30,507 bases of DNA from Candidatus Caldarchaeum sp. (GCA_038844785.1 JAWBRA010000019.1:1-30507); one strand, 5' to 3'; numbered from the stretch's first letter, positions 1 through 9,517 are shown. The notes: generated by a model from the sequence alone, not told the origin. Numbers and translations: made by a program.

Positions 1-126
1 TGGAACCTGAAGAGCCTAGACATACAACCAACGATATAATCGAAGACATGCATGAATGGGAGAGCTACACCTCAGGCCATAGGCCTTTCCCCTTTCCAAA
101 AGACTTAAGTAAAAGTTGACAGTGCC
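1..126 (-). mobile_element. Left end of a putative IS6-family insertion sequence, truncated by the window edge (copy 1)
   Basis: The minus strand from 126 reads GGCACTGTCAACTTTT..., resembling the IS6/IS26 terminus GGCACTGT. It is the exact reverse complement of 30382-30507. An ORF starts at 53 (MHVFDYIVGCMSRLFRF) and runs off the edge. Confidence 0.7.
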
Positions 127-127
127 G
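1..127. repeat. 127-bp perfect terminal inverted repeat (pairs with 30381-30507)
   Basis: Base-by-base comparison: 1-127 is the reverse complement of 30381-30507. The sequences diverge at 128/30380. Confidence 0.97.
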
Positions 128-330
128 CCGTCAGGCGGAACCAGACATTTAGGCTAGTTCTGTGTCAAACGTGTTGTATAAAGCGGTTTGGGGGAGATTC
201 AAAAATCTGTCTAGATAAAGATGTTCAGCCGATGGATTTTTTAATAAATGGTTTACAAACTGCTTCGAATAGTCGATTTTTTGTTGCGTATTTTGGGTCG
301 GAGACCATGGGATTAGCGGGTTGTCGAAAG

Positions 331-405
331 CGGGCCCGGTGGGACTTGAACCCACGACCTTCGGCTCCGCAGGCCGACGCCCTATCCATTCTAGGCCACG
401 GGCCC
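331..405 (-). tRNA. tRNA-Arg(GCG), no intron, CCA not encoded
   Basis: GGGCCCG acceptor stem pairs with CGGGCCC. D arm GCCT-AGAATGGATA-GGGC. Anticodon stem TCGGC/GCCGA with loop CT-GCG-GA. T arm GTGGG-TTCAAGT-CCCAC. Confidence 0.96.
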
Positions 406-465
406 ACGCATCAAGCTGTACGACCTTCTCTAAAGGTTTTATCGAGGTAGGGGCTTGTTTATACG

Positions 466-1662
466 ATGCTCTCTGAAGTCGATGAATTGATGCGTCAAGC
501 AGGTTTTGAAGCGCTTCTTGTGATGGGAGATTCAACCTCATCATCGCCTGAGCTTATGTATTTTGTCAGGGCACCCATCCCCCGCGGCGGAATCTATCTA
601 AAGAAGAGAGGATCTGAGCCTTTGCTGGTTGTGAGCAGCCTCGACCTAGCCTGCGCACGGAGAGGAATTGTTTCCAACGTCAAAACATACTCAGACTATG
701 GTTTGAGAGATCTTCAGAGAAGGTTTGGGCCTGGCAGGGGGTGGGCTGAGATGGTCTCAAAAGTATTGGCCAGAGAAGGCGTAAAGGGAGTCGTGGCTCT
801 GGCTGGAAAAACCGACGCCTTCTCGACAACACACTTAATCGACCTGCTTAGACGCCGTGGATTTAGGGTAGCTGGAATGGCCAAGCCTACGATTGTTGAC
901 ATGTGCAGGAGGCGAAAAGACAGCTGGGAGATAGATGTCATCAAAAAAGTCGGAGAAAAAACCGTGTCGGTTGTCGAAAAACTCGAAAAACTGCTTGAAG
1001 CTTCGGACGTTCGAATGGGTAAAGTGGTTTATGATGGGAAACAAATCACAACAGGTTTTTTGCGAAGAAATGTTATGGTGTGGTGTGGCGAAGCTGGTCT
1101 CAGCCTTCCAGAGGGTTTAATCATAGCTTCAGGACCAGATACCAGCAACCCACATGCTGTGGCTGATGAAGACAGGCCGGTGGCGGAGGGTGAGCCGATT
1201 CTCTTAGACATATACCCAGCCGACGAGACGGGGTACAGATACGACTTTACCCGAACATACTGCTGTGGACGTGCAAAGCCTCCTCTCAGGAGAATGTTTG
1301 AAGACGTGGCTGCTGCACAGAGACAAGCATTTGACTTCATCAACTCAGGTGTGAAATGCGAGACCCCTTTCATAGAGGTCTGCAGGTTTTTGAGGCGGCG
1401 CGGCTGGCCAACGCTTCTCGACAGAGACGTAAAGGACAAGGGATTCATACACGGACTCGGCCACGGCGTCGGCTTAACCATCGGAGAAGAACCATACCTC
1501 ACCCGTTATTCGCAGACAGCCATCACATCAGGTGACGTCGTCACGGTGGAGCCAGGCCTCTATGTCCCGGGGTTTGGCGGAGTTAGGCTTGAAGATGTTG
1601 TAGCTGTAGACGGAGGAAAGGCTGTTGTGCTGGCCGAACACAGACAGGTCCTTGAGCTCTAG
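466..1662 (+). CDS. Xaa-Pro aminopeptidase/dipeptidase (peptidase M24)
   Basis: Metal-ligand motifs LLDIYP, DFTRT, HGLGHGVGL, TVEPGLY and GVRLED, with an N-terminal creatinase-like domain. Confidence 0.92.
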   Translation: MLSEVDELMRQAGFEALLVMGDSTSSSPELMYFVRAPIPRGGIYLKKRGSEPLLVVSSLDLACARRGIVSNVKTYSDYGLRDLQRRFGPGRGWAEMVSKVLAREGVKGVVALAGKTDAFSTTHLIDLLRRRGFRVAGMAKPTIVDMCRRRKDSWEIDVIKKVGEKTVSVVEKLEKLLEASDVRMGKVVYDGKQITTGFLRRNVMVWCGEAGLSLPEGLIIASGPDTSNPHAVADEDRPVAEGEPILLDIYPADETGYRYDFTRTYCCGRAKPPLRRMFEDVAAAQRQAFDFINSGVKCETPFIEVCRFLRRRGWPTLLDRDVKDKGFIHGLGHGVGLTIGEEPYLTRYSQTAITSGDVVTVEPGLYVPGFGGVRLEDVVAVDGGKAVVLAEHRQVLEL

Positions 1663-2462
1663 CTGACGTAGGGCAGAAGGCTATATGCAACAAACCCACC
1701 GTACAACGACGTCAAAAGATTGACTATTTCGTTGTTGACAAACCTGCTGCCTGAGAGATAGGTTGTTGGCTTTCCGCAGTGTTTCTTCACCTCAACCGTT
1801 TTTCCGCATGAGGGGCAACGGTACCGGGACTGGAAAAGACCCCCGAATACGCTGTCAAAAAGACTGCCTGTAAACCCTGCAATAACTGACAGCGGAACGA
1901 GTCCTGTGAGAGGAAAGCTTTCGCCGAAAAGCAGAGCGTAAAGAAATATACCGGCAACCAGGATGAAGCCTGTAAAAAACCCCGCAAGAAGCCCGGGCAG
2001 GCTCACAGCACCGGGAGTGCCTGGGCTGACGGTTTTTAAAGATGTTATCATCCGTGGAGGCGTTTTCGACAAAAGACCTATCTCCGTAGACATCGTGTCG
2101 GAGAAAACCGCTGACACAGCGCCGAGATAAACCGCTAGGGTTGGTGTGCTGTCAGCTTGTAGGATGAAGCCTAAGAATGCTATCAAAGCCGCTGCTAACC
2201 CGTTGGCGAAGACGTTCGACCACGTTCTAACGCCTCGACCTGCTTCACCATATTTCTCAACATAGCGGTATTTTGTGGTAAAACCGGCGACGACAAAGAA
2301 TATCAAAAGTATTAGAAAATAGACTCTTCCGCCGAAAACGTAGACGCAGTAGCCTATGAGAACCGCCGCTCCTACTCCTTTTTTGTCGAGGAAACGTCCA
2401 CCCAGAGCGATGAGGCCCACGGCCGCTATCACCAGCGTAGCCTCAACAAACCTGTACAACAT
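1659..2462 (-). CDS. DUF92/TMEM19-family integral membrane protein
   Basis: Multiple TM segments; motifs RTWSNVFANG, DTMSTEIG, PGTPGAVS..G, DSVFG..FQ and NNEIVN; a CPSCG..HCG loop. Confidence 0.88.
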   Translation of the reverse strand: MLYRFVEATLVIAAVGLIALGGRFLDKKGVGAAVLIGYCVYVFGGRVYFLILLIFFVVAGFTTKYRYVEKYGEAGRGVRTWSNVFANGLAAALIAFLGFILQADSTPTLAVYLGAVSAVFSDTMSTEIGLLSKTPPRMITSLKTVSPGTPGAVSLPGLLAGFFTGFILVAGIFLYALLFGESFPLTGLVPLSVIAGFTGSLFDSVFGGLFQSRYRCPSCGKTVEVKKHCGKPTTYLSGSRFVNNEIVNLLTSLYGGFVAYSLLPYVS

Positions 2463-2468
2463 GCTCCG

Positions 2469-3749
2469 TCACTTCCCACCTATCCTGGTGGCTATTTCAT
2501 CAGCCGATTCCGTAAACTGAGTTCTTTCAGTCAAGTCTCGCAGGGTAATTTTCCTGCTCTCTTTCTCCTTATCACCTATTATCACTAAGTATCTGATCCC
2601 CCTGCTTGCCGTGTTTTCGATAACGTCGGCCAGCTTTTTTCGAGAGACGTCAACTATGACGGAAAGGCCTTTCCGTCTTAAAAAATCAGCTACGTAAAGC
2701 CCGTAACCCCTAGCTCTGTCGCTGACAACAGAAACAACAACATCATAGCTTTCTCTGTAGTTTACAGATTTCCTTTCCGTCAAGTACATCTGTATACGGG
2801 TTATGCCTATCGCACATCCCACAGCAGGCATTTGTCCTCCCCCAAAAAGCTCCACAAGCCCGTCATATCTCCCACCGCCGTTAAACGAAAGCCCCTCACC
2901 CGGTATTTTCTGCTCAAAGATCATTCCTGTGTAGTATTCTAGGCCTCGTGCGAAGCCAAGGTCCACGTCTAGCTTGAGGCTAGGGTCTGTTTCAAGAAGT
3001 GTTTCAACTATCTGTTTGAGGTTTTCGAGCGATTTTGAAGCGCTGGTCCAAGGCGAGATTAGGTCGGCAGCTTTTTCAACAACCTCGGGCCCGCCTTTGA
3101 TAGCTGTGAGTTCTTTCAGCGTTTTAATTGTATCATCTGGTAGGCTGGTGGAAATCATCTGGTATGCTTCATCTTGCAAACCTCTGTCCAGCATCGTGAG
3201 AAACTTGTCCTGAAGCTTCTGCTCCAACCCTTCTAACACTCCCCGGATCACTCCCACATGACCTACTCTGAAAACAGACGGGGTTAAAGCTAGCTTCGTG
3301 AAAACGTCTCTGCTGGCTAGTATTATCTCCGCGTCGCTGGAAGGGTCCCTGCTTCCGAAGAGCTCGAAGCCGCCGTGCCAGAACCTTCGCCGCCGGCCCC
3401 ATTGAGGCTCGTCGTAGCGGTAGCAGTCGGCGATGTAGCCGAGCCGGATTGGTGTGGGGCGTTTGAAAAGCTTCGAGGCAACAAGCCTCGCCACAGACGC
3501 CGTCACCTCGGGCCTGAGAACAAGCTTTTTCCCATGAGGGTCTGTGAAGATATACATCCTGTGCCTTATTTCATCGCCTGACTTAGCTTCAAAAAGCTCT
3601 AAATACTCCAGTGTCGGCGTCTCAACCTCCTCATATCCGTAAAGCCTGTAAACCTCCCTTATGACATCCACAATCCGCTGCTTGACAGCGAACTCCTCGG
3701 GAAGCAGGTCGTCCATTCCCCGCGGCGTTTCAAACCTCAACACAGGCAC
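2469..3749 (-). CDS. hisS: Histidyl-tRNA synthetase
   Basis: PRGMDD, LRPEVTASVAR, YRYDEPQ.GR.R.F, ARGLEYYTG and GGGRYDGL motifs plus a C-terminal anticodon-binding domain. Start placed at GTG 3749 (3743 also possible) below a TTTTTAAA box; the ORF track extends to 3806. Confidence 0.95.
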   Translation of the reverse strand: MPVLRFETPRGMDDLLPEEFAVKQRIVDVIREVYRLYGYEEVETPTLEYLELFEAKSGDEIRHRMYIFTDPHGKKLVLRPEVTASVARLVASKLFKRPTPIRLGYIADCYRYDEPQWGRRRRFWHGGFELFGSRDPSSDAEIILASRDVFTKLALTPSVFRVGHVGVIRGVLEGLEQKLQDKFLTMLDRGLQDEAYQMISTSLPDDTIKTLKELTAIKGGPEVVEKAADLISPWTSASKSLENLKQIVETLLETDPSLKLDVDLGFARGLEYYTGMIFEQKIPGEGLSFNGGGRYDGLVELFGGGQMPAVGCAIGITRIQMYLTERKSVNYRESYDVVVSVVSDRARGYGLYVADFLRRKGLSVIVDVSRKKLADVIENTASRGIRYLVIIGDKEKESRKITLRDLTERTQFTESADEIATRIGGK

Positions 3750-3844
3750 CGCACAATAGCCTTTAAAAAGCCTATTTAGATGTTTAAGAAGGCGGAGACC
3801 CATCATACAGCATCTATATTATAGACCATGCAGTTGGTTGAGGT

Positions 3845-4987
3845 ATGACGTCCAAGAAGGCTTTATTTGCGGCGGCAATCGTAGCCTTCCTGCTTGCGTT
3901 CAACACTTACCAGCTTGTCCTCGTCCAAGCGGAAAACCAAAATTTACGTCGAATGGTTTCCTCGCTTGCAGCGCAGCCTGAAACCAAGACTGTGACGGTT
4001 GTCCACGAGACAACAACTGTATTCAGTGTGTTGGCTGCGAGGGCTGCAAACTACACTGCTATATATGAGATGGTTAAGGACTCGGTTGTCATGATTAAAG
4101 TTTTTTCGCAGGCAGGCTCCGCCATCGGCTCAGGTTTCGTCTACGACACAGAGGGACATATAGTTACAAACGACCATGTGGTTAGGGGAGGAACTCTTTT
4201 TCGCGTTGTTTTCATCGACGGCTCCATGTTTCAGGCTAAGGTCGTTGGAACAGATGTGGACAGCGACTTGGCCGTGCTGAAGATTGAAAACCCGCCGCCA
4301 AAACTCAAACCACTCAAGCTAGGAGACTCTTCAGCCCTCAAAATAGGTGAGGAGGTTGTCGCGATAGGAAACCCCTTCGGGCTTGAGGGAACCATGACCA
4401 CGGGTGTCGTCAGCCAGAAAGGTAGGCTGCTGCCCACCAGCAGAGGTTTCTCTATACCAGGGGTGATACAAACAGATGCGGCCATAAACCCCGGAAACTC
4501 GGGTGGACCGTTGCTGAACCTGAGGTGTGAGGTTGTCGGCGTCAACACCGCCATCGAGCCTGCAGCTGTTGGCATAGGCTACGCAGTGCCCTCGTCAATA
4601 GTCGCACGCGTAGTCCCAGCACTAATCCAGAAAGGGTTTTACCAGAGAAGCTGGCTGGGCATATCCGCAACCACACTAGACATGGACATAGCCGCAGCCA
4701 TGGGGGCTAAGGTTCAGAAGGGTGTTCTCATAGTTGATGTTTCTGCGAACAGCCCAGCTCAAAAAGCCGGGTTACGCGGCGGCGACAGAAACGTCGTCGT
4801 CAACGGGGTTCCAGTAAGGGTTGGAGGCGACATCATAGTTGCAGTAGACGGAACACCCGTTGCATCTATGGATGAATTCCTGCTCTACATGGAGGAGAAA
4901 ACCTCACCAAACCAGACAGTAACCCTGACTGTTGTCAGAGGCGGTGAGACGATAACTGTTCAAGTGACCTTGGGCGTTAGACCATAG
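3845..4987 (+). CDS. htrA: Membrane-anchored HtrA/DegP-like serine protease with PDZ domain
   Basis: N-terminal TM; catalytic triad motifs TNDHV, DLAVL and TDAAINPGNSGG; C-terminal PDZ (SPAQKAGLRGGD). Confidence 0.93.
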   Translation: MTSKKALFAAAIVAFLLAFNTYQLVLVQAENQNLRRMVSSLAAQPETKTVTVVHETTTVFSVLAARAANYTAIYEMVKDSVVMIKVFSQAGSAIGSGFVYDTEGHIVTNDHVVRGGTLFRVVFIDGSMFQAKVVGTDVDSDLAVLKIENPPPKLKPLKLGDSSALKIGEEVVAIGNPFGLEGTMTTGVVSQKGRLLPTSRGFSIPGVIQTDAAINPGNSGGPLLNLRCEVVGVNTAIEPAAVGIGYAVPSSIVARVVPALIQKGFYQRSWLGISATTLDMDIAAAMGAKVQKGVLIVDVSANSPAQKAGLRGGDRNVVVNGVPVRVGGDIIVAVDGTPVASMDEFLLYMEEKTSPNQTVTLTVVRGGETITVQVTLGVRP

Positions 4988-5054
4988 GTTCACAGCTGTA
5001 AACATTTTACAACAAATGAAAAAATACACTCTTACCGATGAATGCAAAAGTTAT

Positions 5055-5120
5055 CTTCAGAGAGGTGTATGTTCTTCACAGAGCCAGCGGCTCTCCGAAC
5101 AGGTCAGTCTCATCACCGGC
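5055..5120 (-). ncRNA. Archaeal C/D-box methylation guide sRNA
   Basis: Minus strand, in order: C box GTGATGA (5116-5110); 12-nt guide GACTGACCTGTT; D' box CGGA; hairpin GAGCC-GCT-GGCTC; C' box GTGAAGA; 12-nt guide ACATACACCTCT; D box CTGA (5060-5057). It lies in an intergenic gap and has canonical spacing. Confidence 0.85.
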
Positions 5121-5141
5121 TATACAGCGTAACGCCTTTAT

Positions 5142-5861
5142 TTAAGGCGTCACGGTGAAGTACATCCGCCTGTTGCTCTTCCCCTTGTTTTCCAGCTTTG
5201 TTATAATTATCTTTCCCACCTCCGACGTGTTTTTGACATGGGGGCCTCCGTCGGCCTGTACGTCAACCATATCTATCTCAACTATTCGCAGGACTGGGAT
5301 TTCCGGAGGTAGACGGCTCGCCAGCTTGACTAGTCCTGGGGTCGAAAGCACCTTATCTCTTTCCATGTAGTAGACCTTGACAGCGTGCCCTTCTGCAAGA
5401 CGTCTGTTAGCTTCATCCACACACTCTTCCATCACAGACCTGTCGAATGACTCGAGGCTGAAGTCGACCCTACCTGTGTCGTGGGAGATGTTGTTGCCAG
5501 TTATGAGCGCTTTTGTCTTCTCAACCATAGTGGCTGCGAGAACATGGAGTCCGGTATGCATGCGCATCATCTTGTATCGTTTTTCCCAGTCCAGCAAACC
5601 TATTACTTCCACGCCTGCCGGGGGTGTATCACCTTCAATGCGGTGTAGAACGCCATCCTCTCCGAAAACAGCTTCGACAACCTTTGCCTCACCAGCCGCG
5701 TGCTTTATTACGCCGACGTCCGAGACAAGCCCCCCACCCCTTGGATGGAAAGCAGTTCTGTCCAGAACTACGCCGTTGTTGTCTGCACGCATTACTGCAG
5801 CCTTAAACTCTTTCAAGTAAGAGTCGTCCAGATAAAGCAGCTCCGTCTGACCGTGTTTCAC
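5142..5861 (-). CDS. alaX: Alanyl-tRNA editing protein, AlaX-M type
   Basis: TELLY..DSY, LDRTAFHPRGGG..SD.G, DWEKRY..MRMHTGLH and QADGGPHV motifs. Confidence 0.92.
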   Translation of the reverse strand: MKHGQTELLYLDDSYLKEFKAAVMRADNNGVVLDRTAFHPRGGGLVSDVGVIKHAAGEAKVVEAVFGEDGVLHRIEGDTPPAGVEVIGLLDWEKRYKMMRMHTGLHVLAATMVEKTKALITGNNISHDTGRVDFSLESFDRSVMEECVDEANRRLAEGHAVKVYYMERDKVLSTPGLVKLASRLPPEIPVLRIVEIDMVDVQADGGPHVKNTSEVGKIIITKLENKGKSNRRMYFTVTP

Positions 5862-5868
5862 ATTATTG

Positions 5869-6324
5869 TCACGAGGCTGGCTGGCTTAAAGATTTACGGA
5901 GCATGACAAAGACCATTTCAGCCTCGAAAGCTGTAGTGTTCCTGCTGAGGTTTAGGCACTGGACATGGAGCTTGACCAACCCTCTGTCGACTGTTTGCGT
6001 CTCTCTTTTCTCTGCGACGCTGGCTTTAGCGGCTATTACGTCGCCCATGTGAGTGGGTGATTTGAAGGCCAGCTTCTCTATTCCCGCCAGCGCTATTATA
6101 TGGTCAAAGATGCCCGTTTGGTAGAGCAGGCCTATGGCGAAGGCTATGACGAGGGCTCCTGGGGCTATGCGTGTTGAGAAACCCCTTTCACGCGCATACT
6201 GTTCGCTGAGGAACAGAGGGTTTACTGCCCACGTTAACGACGTAAACAGCTCGATGTCGGTAGCCGTAACGGTACGGCTATTTGTCTTAAACACCTGTCC
6301 GGGCTGGAAGTCTTCGTAAAACAT
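5869..6324 (-). CDS. MaoC/PaaZ-like hot-dog fold dehydratase
   Basis: FYEDFQPGQ, RTVTATDIELF..LT...NPL, RIAPG and F..P...GD motifs. Confidence 0.88.
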   Translation of the reverse strand: MFYEDFQPGQVFKTNSRTVTATDIELFTSLTWAVNPLFLSEQYARERGFSTRIAPGALVIAFAIGLLYQTGIFDHIIALAGIEKLAFKSPTHMGDVIAAKASVAEKRETQTVDRGLVKLHVQCLNLSRNTTAFEAEMVFVMLRKSLSQPAS

Positions 6325-6326
6325 CT

Positions 6327-7493
6327 CTACGTCGGCCAGTTTCTGTCGAGCTCCCTCTCGGTGTTTTCGACGGCAGCAAACACGTCTACATCCAGCCCAA
6401 GCGATTTCAACGTCCTCCCCAGAGCGAAGATCGTGTTAACTATTTTCTCCTTCGATATCAGGCCGATGTTTGAGATTCTGAACATTCTTCCCTTGTAGTG
6501 GGCCAGCCCACCAGCGATTTGTATGCCGTAGTTTTTCCTCATTAGCTCGCGTATTGCCGTGTCGGCGAGGCCTTTGGGGACGTGCATCGCCGCCACGATA
6601 GGTGATTCAAAACCTCTTGCGGCGTAGAACTCGAGGTTGAGCGTTCTAAGTCCAGCGTAAAGGCCTGCGGCTCCAGCTGCGTGTCGAGCCAACCATCTAT
6701 CATAGCCGTATTCTAGAATTATCTTCAGAGCTTCGTCCAACGCCCAGAAAAGCGTTACAGCAGGCGTGAAAGGCGTCTCCCATCTTTCCAAGAAGCTTCT
6801 GTATTTAACGAGGTCGAAATACGGCGGCCTTGTCTTTTTACTCTCTATCTTCTCCCACGCCTTCTCCGAGACTGTGACCAACGCCAGTCCAGGCGGTGCA
6901 GCCAAGCATTTCTGAGTACCCGCCGCGCAGAAATCTATTCCCGTTTCATCGACGGAAATACGCACACCTCCTACTGCAGTTACTGCATCGACAACCACCA
7001 ATGCTCCGTGCTCATGGCATATTCTAGCTATCTCTCTGACGTTCTGGGATATTATTCCCGTCGAGGTCTCGTTGTATGGGAACCCTACAATCGAGATGTC
7101 TGGGTTCTGCTCCAGCAGCTTTTTAACGGCCTCTGGGTTTGGACCCTGTCCGTTGTCGAGCCAAGCCCGTATAACCGAAGCCCCGTAAGCCTCGAACGCG
7201 TCAGCCATCCTTTCAGCGAACAAGCCAGCCACAGGTATCAACACCCTGTCGCCGGGAACTGTGAGGTTTGCCGCAGCAGCCTCCACCCCACCCGTCCCAG
7301 ACGAAGTCAACACATATACATTTGAACGTGTTTCAAAGATTTTTTTCAGGCTGTCAACCAAGCTACGCATCAGCTCCCTGAACTCTTCAGAACGATGGTC
7401 TATCATCTGCCTAGCCATGGCACGTATAACACGTTCGTGAACTTCTGTAGGACCAGGTATCATTAAAAGCAAGACAAACCTACCCCATACCAC
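6327..7493 (-). CDS. Class V PLP aminotransferase (serine-pyruvate/alanine-glyoxylate type)
   Basis: LMIPGPT, DHRS, SGTGGVEA, NETSTG, VDAV, PLP lysine in GTQKC, and TPFTP. Confidence 0.92.
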   Translation of the reverse strand: MVWGRFVLLLMIPGPTEVHERVIRAMARQMIDHRSEEFRELMRSLVDSLKKIFETRSNVYVLTSSGTGGVEAAAANLTVPGDRVLIPVAGLFAERMADAFEAYGASVIRAWLDNGQGPNPEAVKKLLEQNPDISIVGFPYNETSTGIISQNVREIARICHEHGALVVVDAVTAVGGVRISVDETGIDFCAAGTQKCLAAPPGLALVTVSEKAWEKIESKKTRPPYFDLVKYRSFLERWETPFTPAVTLFWALDEALKIILEYGYDRWLARHAAGAAGLYAGLRTLNLEFYAARGFESPIVAAMHVPKGLADTAIRELMRKNYGIQIAGGLAHYKGRMFRISNIGLISKEKIVNTIFALGRTLKSLGLDVDVFAAVENTERELDRNWPT

Positions 7494-7575
7494 CGCCTAT
7501 CCGCTATTTCTTAAGTCTATTTTCTCGAAAGAAGAGAGTCAAAAGCATAAATATGCGCGAGGCCTTCATGCTGTC

Positions 7576-8703
7576 ATGAGCTCAAAAGGCTTGAGCCGTG
7601 CTGTTGCAGTCCTGGTTGCTCTCCTTATTGTTGCGGGCGGTTTCGCAGCCGTTGGCTGGGTTAGAGAGCCTGTTACAGCCACAGTTTTTAGGACAACCAC
7701 ATTGATGCAGGGAGTACCGGAAACAAGGACGGTAACGCAGGTCAGAGAAATGACCACTACAGTCGTATCAACAAGTACGGTGACTGTTATTCCGGCTCCT
7801 CCGACGCCGATAAAGATTAGGCTTGCCAGCATAGCCTTCCCAAGCTACATGCTATTCTTACAGCTGATAGTTCAAGCGAAAAGGTTTGACCTCAAGCATG
7901 GGCTGGATGTTACATGGGTGCCCCAGCCTACTATAGCTGGCTTTTATGCTACAATAAACACAGGAGAGGCGGATGGAATTCCTGGGGGAGGGCCTTTAGT
8001 TTTCCAACGCATGTACCTTGAAGGAAGTAAGCTTGTTATAACCAACACGCTTGTGCCCATGTCAGCTGTATACATAGTTACCCTCAACCCGTCAATAACC
8101 AGCTTCAGGGATTTAATCGGTAAAAAGTTAGCCATAGACGTTGGAGCGACAGAATTCATCATATTGAAAACGTATGGTAGAAGTGTTGGAGTTGACATTG
8201 AACGCGAAATAACATTAGTTCCTTCAGCCTATCCAATAGCCAGACAAAGGCTTTTAACCGGTGAAGTTGACGCAGCTGTGCTGGTTGAGCCGCACATAGC
8301 TTTGGCGCGTGCAGAAAAGCCTGAGATAAAGACTGTCGTAAACTTGAACGACCTGTGGGTCTCGTTGACAGGACAGCCCTTTGCTGTTTATCTTGTCACA
8401 GCTCTTACTGAAGATTTTGTTAGAAAGAATCCAGACGCTCCACGAAGGTTAATTGCTATGTTCCAAGAGGTTGAGGACTTTATTGCCAGAAACCCGGCCG
8501 AAGCCGACAAAATACTCGCGAAAGGTATGAACATTCCCGAGGGGGTTATGCTGTACGGAATACTTTCTGAAAGGATCCGTTTCAAATCCATTCCCGCATG
8601 GACTGATGAGACAAGACCCATCATCGAGAAAATGTTTTCAATAGCTAAGGAGGCCGGTGTCATTGCCGACGTTCCAGGACCAGGCATAATTTACCGTCCA
8701 TAA
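7576..8703 (+). CDS. ABC transporter substrate-binding protein, NitT/TauT (NMT1/SsuA-like)
   Basis: N-terminal TM, Thr/Val-rich linker, KHGLDV, DLIGKKLA, GEVDAAVLVEP and FVRKNPD motifs; followed by permease and ATPase genes. Confidence 0.85.
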   Translation: MSSKGLSRAVAVLVALLIVAGGFAAVGWVREPVTATVFRTTTLMQGVPETRTVTQVREMTTTVVSTSTVTVIPAPPTPIKIRLASIAFPSYMLFLQLIVQAKRFDLKHGLDVTWVPQPTIAGFYATINTGEADGIPGGGPLVFQRMYLEGSKLVITNTLVPMSAVYIVTLNPSITSFRDLIGKKLAIDVGATEFIILKTYGRSVGVDIEREITLVPSAYPIARQRLLTGEVDAAVLVEPHIALARAEKPEIKTVVNLNDLWVSLTGQPFAVYLVTALTEDFVRKNPDAPRRLIAMFQEVEDFIARNPAEADKILAKGMNIPEGVMLYGILSERIRFKSIPAWTDETRPIIEKMFSIAKEAGVIADVPGPGIIYRP

Positions 8704-8743
8704 TTTTTAAAAAGCAGAGACCGCAGATATATTCAGATAAGCT

Positions 8744-9517
8744 GTGTCGCAGAAAAGCTCTTCCGAGTACGTCGCCGTTAAGCTGGCTAAAGGTGTAGCC
8801 GAGAAACGTTATTACCTGATTTCCTTACTAGGTGTAGCAGCGGTATGGGAAGTTGCTTCATGGTTCTTGCCGCCGTACATTTTGCCGAGCTGGGCCCTAG
8901 TGTTTAGCTCGCTCATGAGCTTAAACATCTCTCATGCATGGATAACCGTGGCCAGGGTCCTGATCGCGTTAGCAGCCGCATTCGCTTGCGGTCTGTGTTT
9001 AGCAACTTTGATGTATATCTTTCCCAAGTTTGAGAAATACGCAACACCTATCGTTAACCTGGTGATGGCTGTCCCGGCAATATGTTGGGTCTTGTTCTCG
9101 ATTCTCTGGTTCAGAGGACAAGAATTACGCATATTTTTCGTATTATTCGCAGTATGTCTACCCGGATACGTGATAGACATACTGGATGCGATTAAAAACA
9201 TACCTTTCAATCTAAGGGAGATGATTCTCTCATTAAGGCCGTCCAAGACTCAGTACATCACGAAGTTAATACTGCCGGCAATCGTACCGAACATCCTTAC
9301 AACTTGGAAGGTAAACCTCGGGTTAGGAATTAGGGTTGTTACCGTCGCGGAGCTGGTAGGCACCTTAACCGGAATAGGTTATGCTTTAAACTTTGCGTTA
9401 GGCCAGCAAAGCATTAGAGAGATAACCGCTTGGACAATCGTGTTGGTTTCCTCACTTCTAGCGTTACAGGGAATTGTATACCTTATTGAAAAGAGGCTGC
9501 TAAGGTGGCGCAAATGA
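8744..9517 (+). CDS. ABC transporter permease, NitT/TauT family
   Basis: About 6 TM segments; ILPS, VPAI.W....ILWF, LILPAIVP and VAEL.G...GIG motifs. Confidence 0.88.
   Translation: MSQKSSSEYVAVKLAKGVAEKRYYLISLLGVAAVWEVASWFLPPYILPSWALVFSSLMSLNISHAWITVARVLIALAAAFACGLCLATLMYIFPKFEKYATPIVNLVMAVPAICWVLFSILWFRGQELRIFFVLFAVCLPGYVIDILDAIKNIPFNLREMILSLRPSKTQYITKLILPAIVPNILTTWKVNLGLGIRVVTVAELVGTLTGIGYALNFALGQQSIREITAWTIVLVSSLLALQGIVYLIEKRLLRWRK

Noticed and set aside
1-127. Terminal inverted repeats as the ends of a linear virus, plasmid or casposon
   Set aside because: The content is core chromosomal housekeeping, with no polymerase, capsid, Cas1 or integrase gene. The repeat has an IS-like end facing inward, and its length matches an assembler k-mer.
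149-544. Short ORFs 149-544, 225-407 and 232-450
   Set aside because: They overlap the tRNA-Arg gene and show no recognisable protein features.
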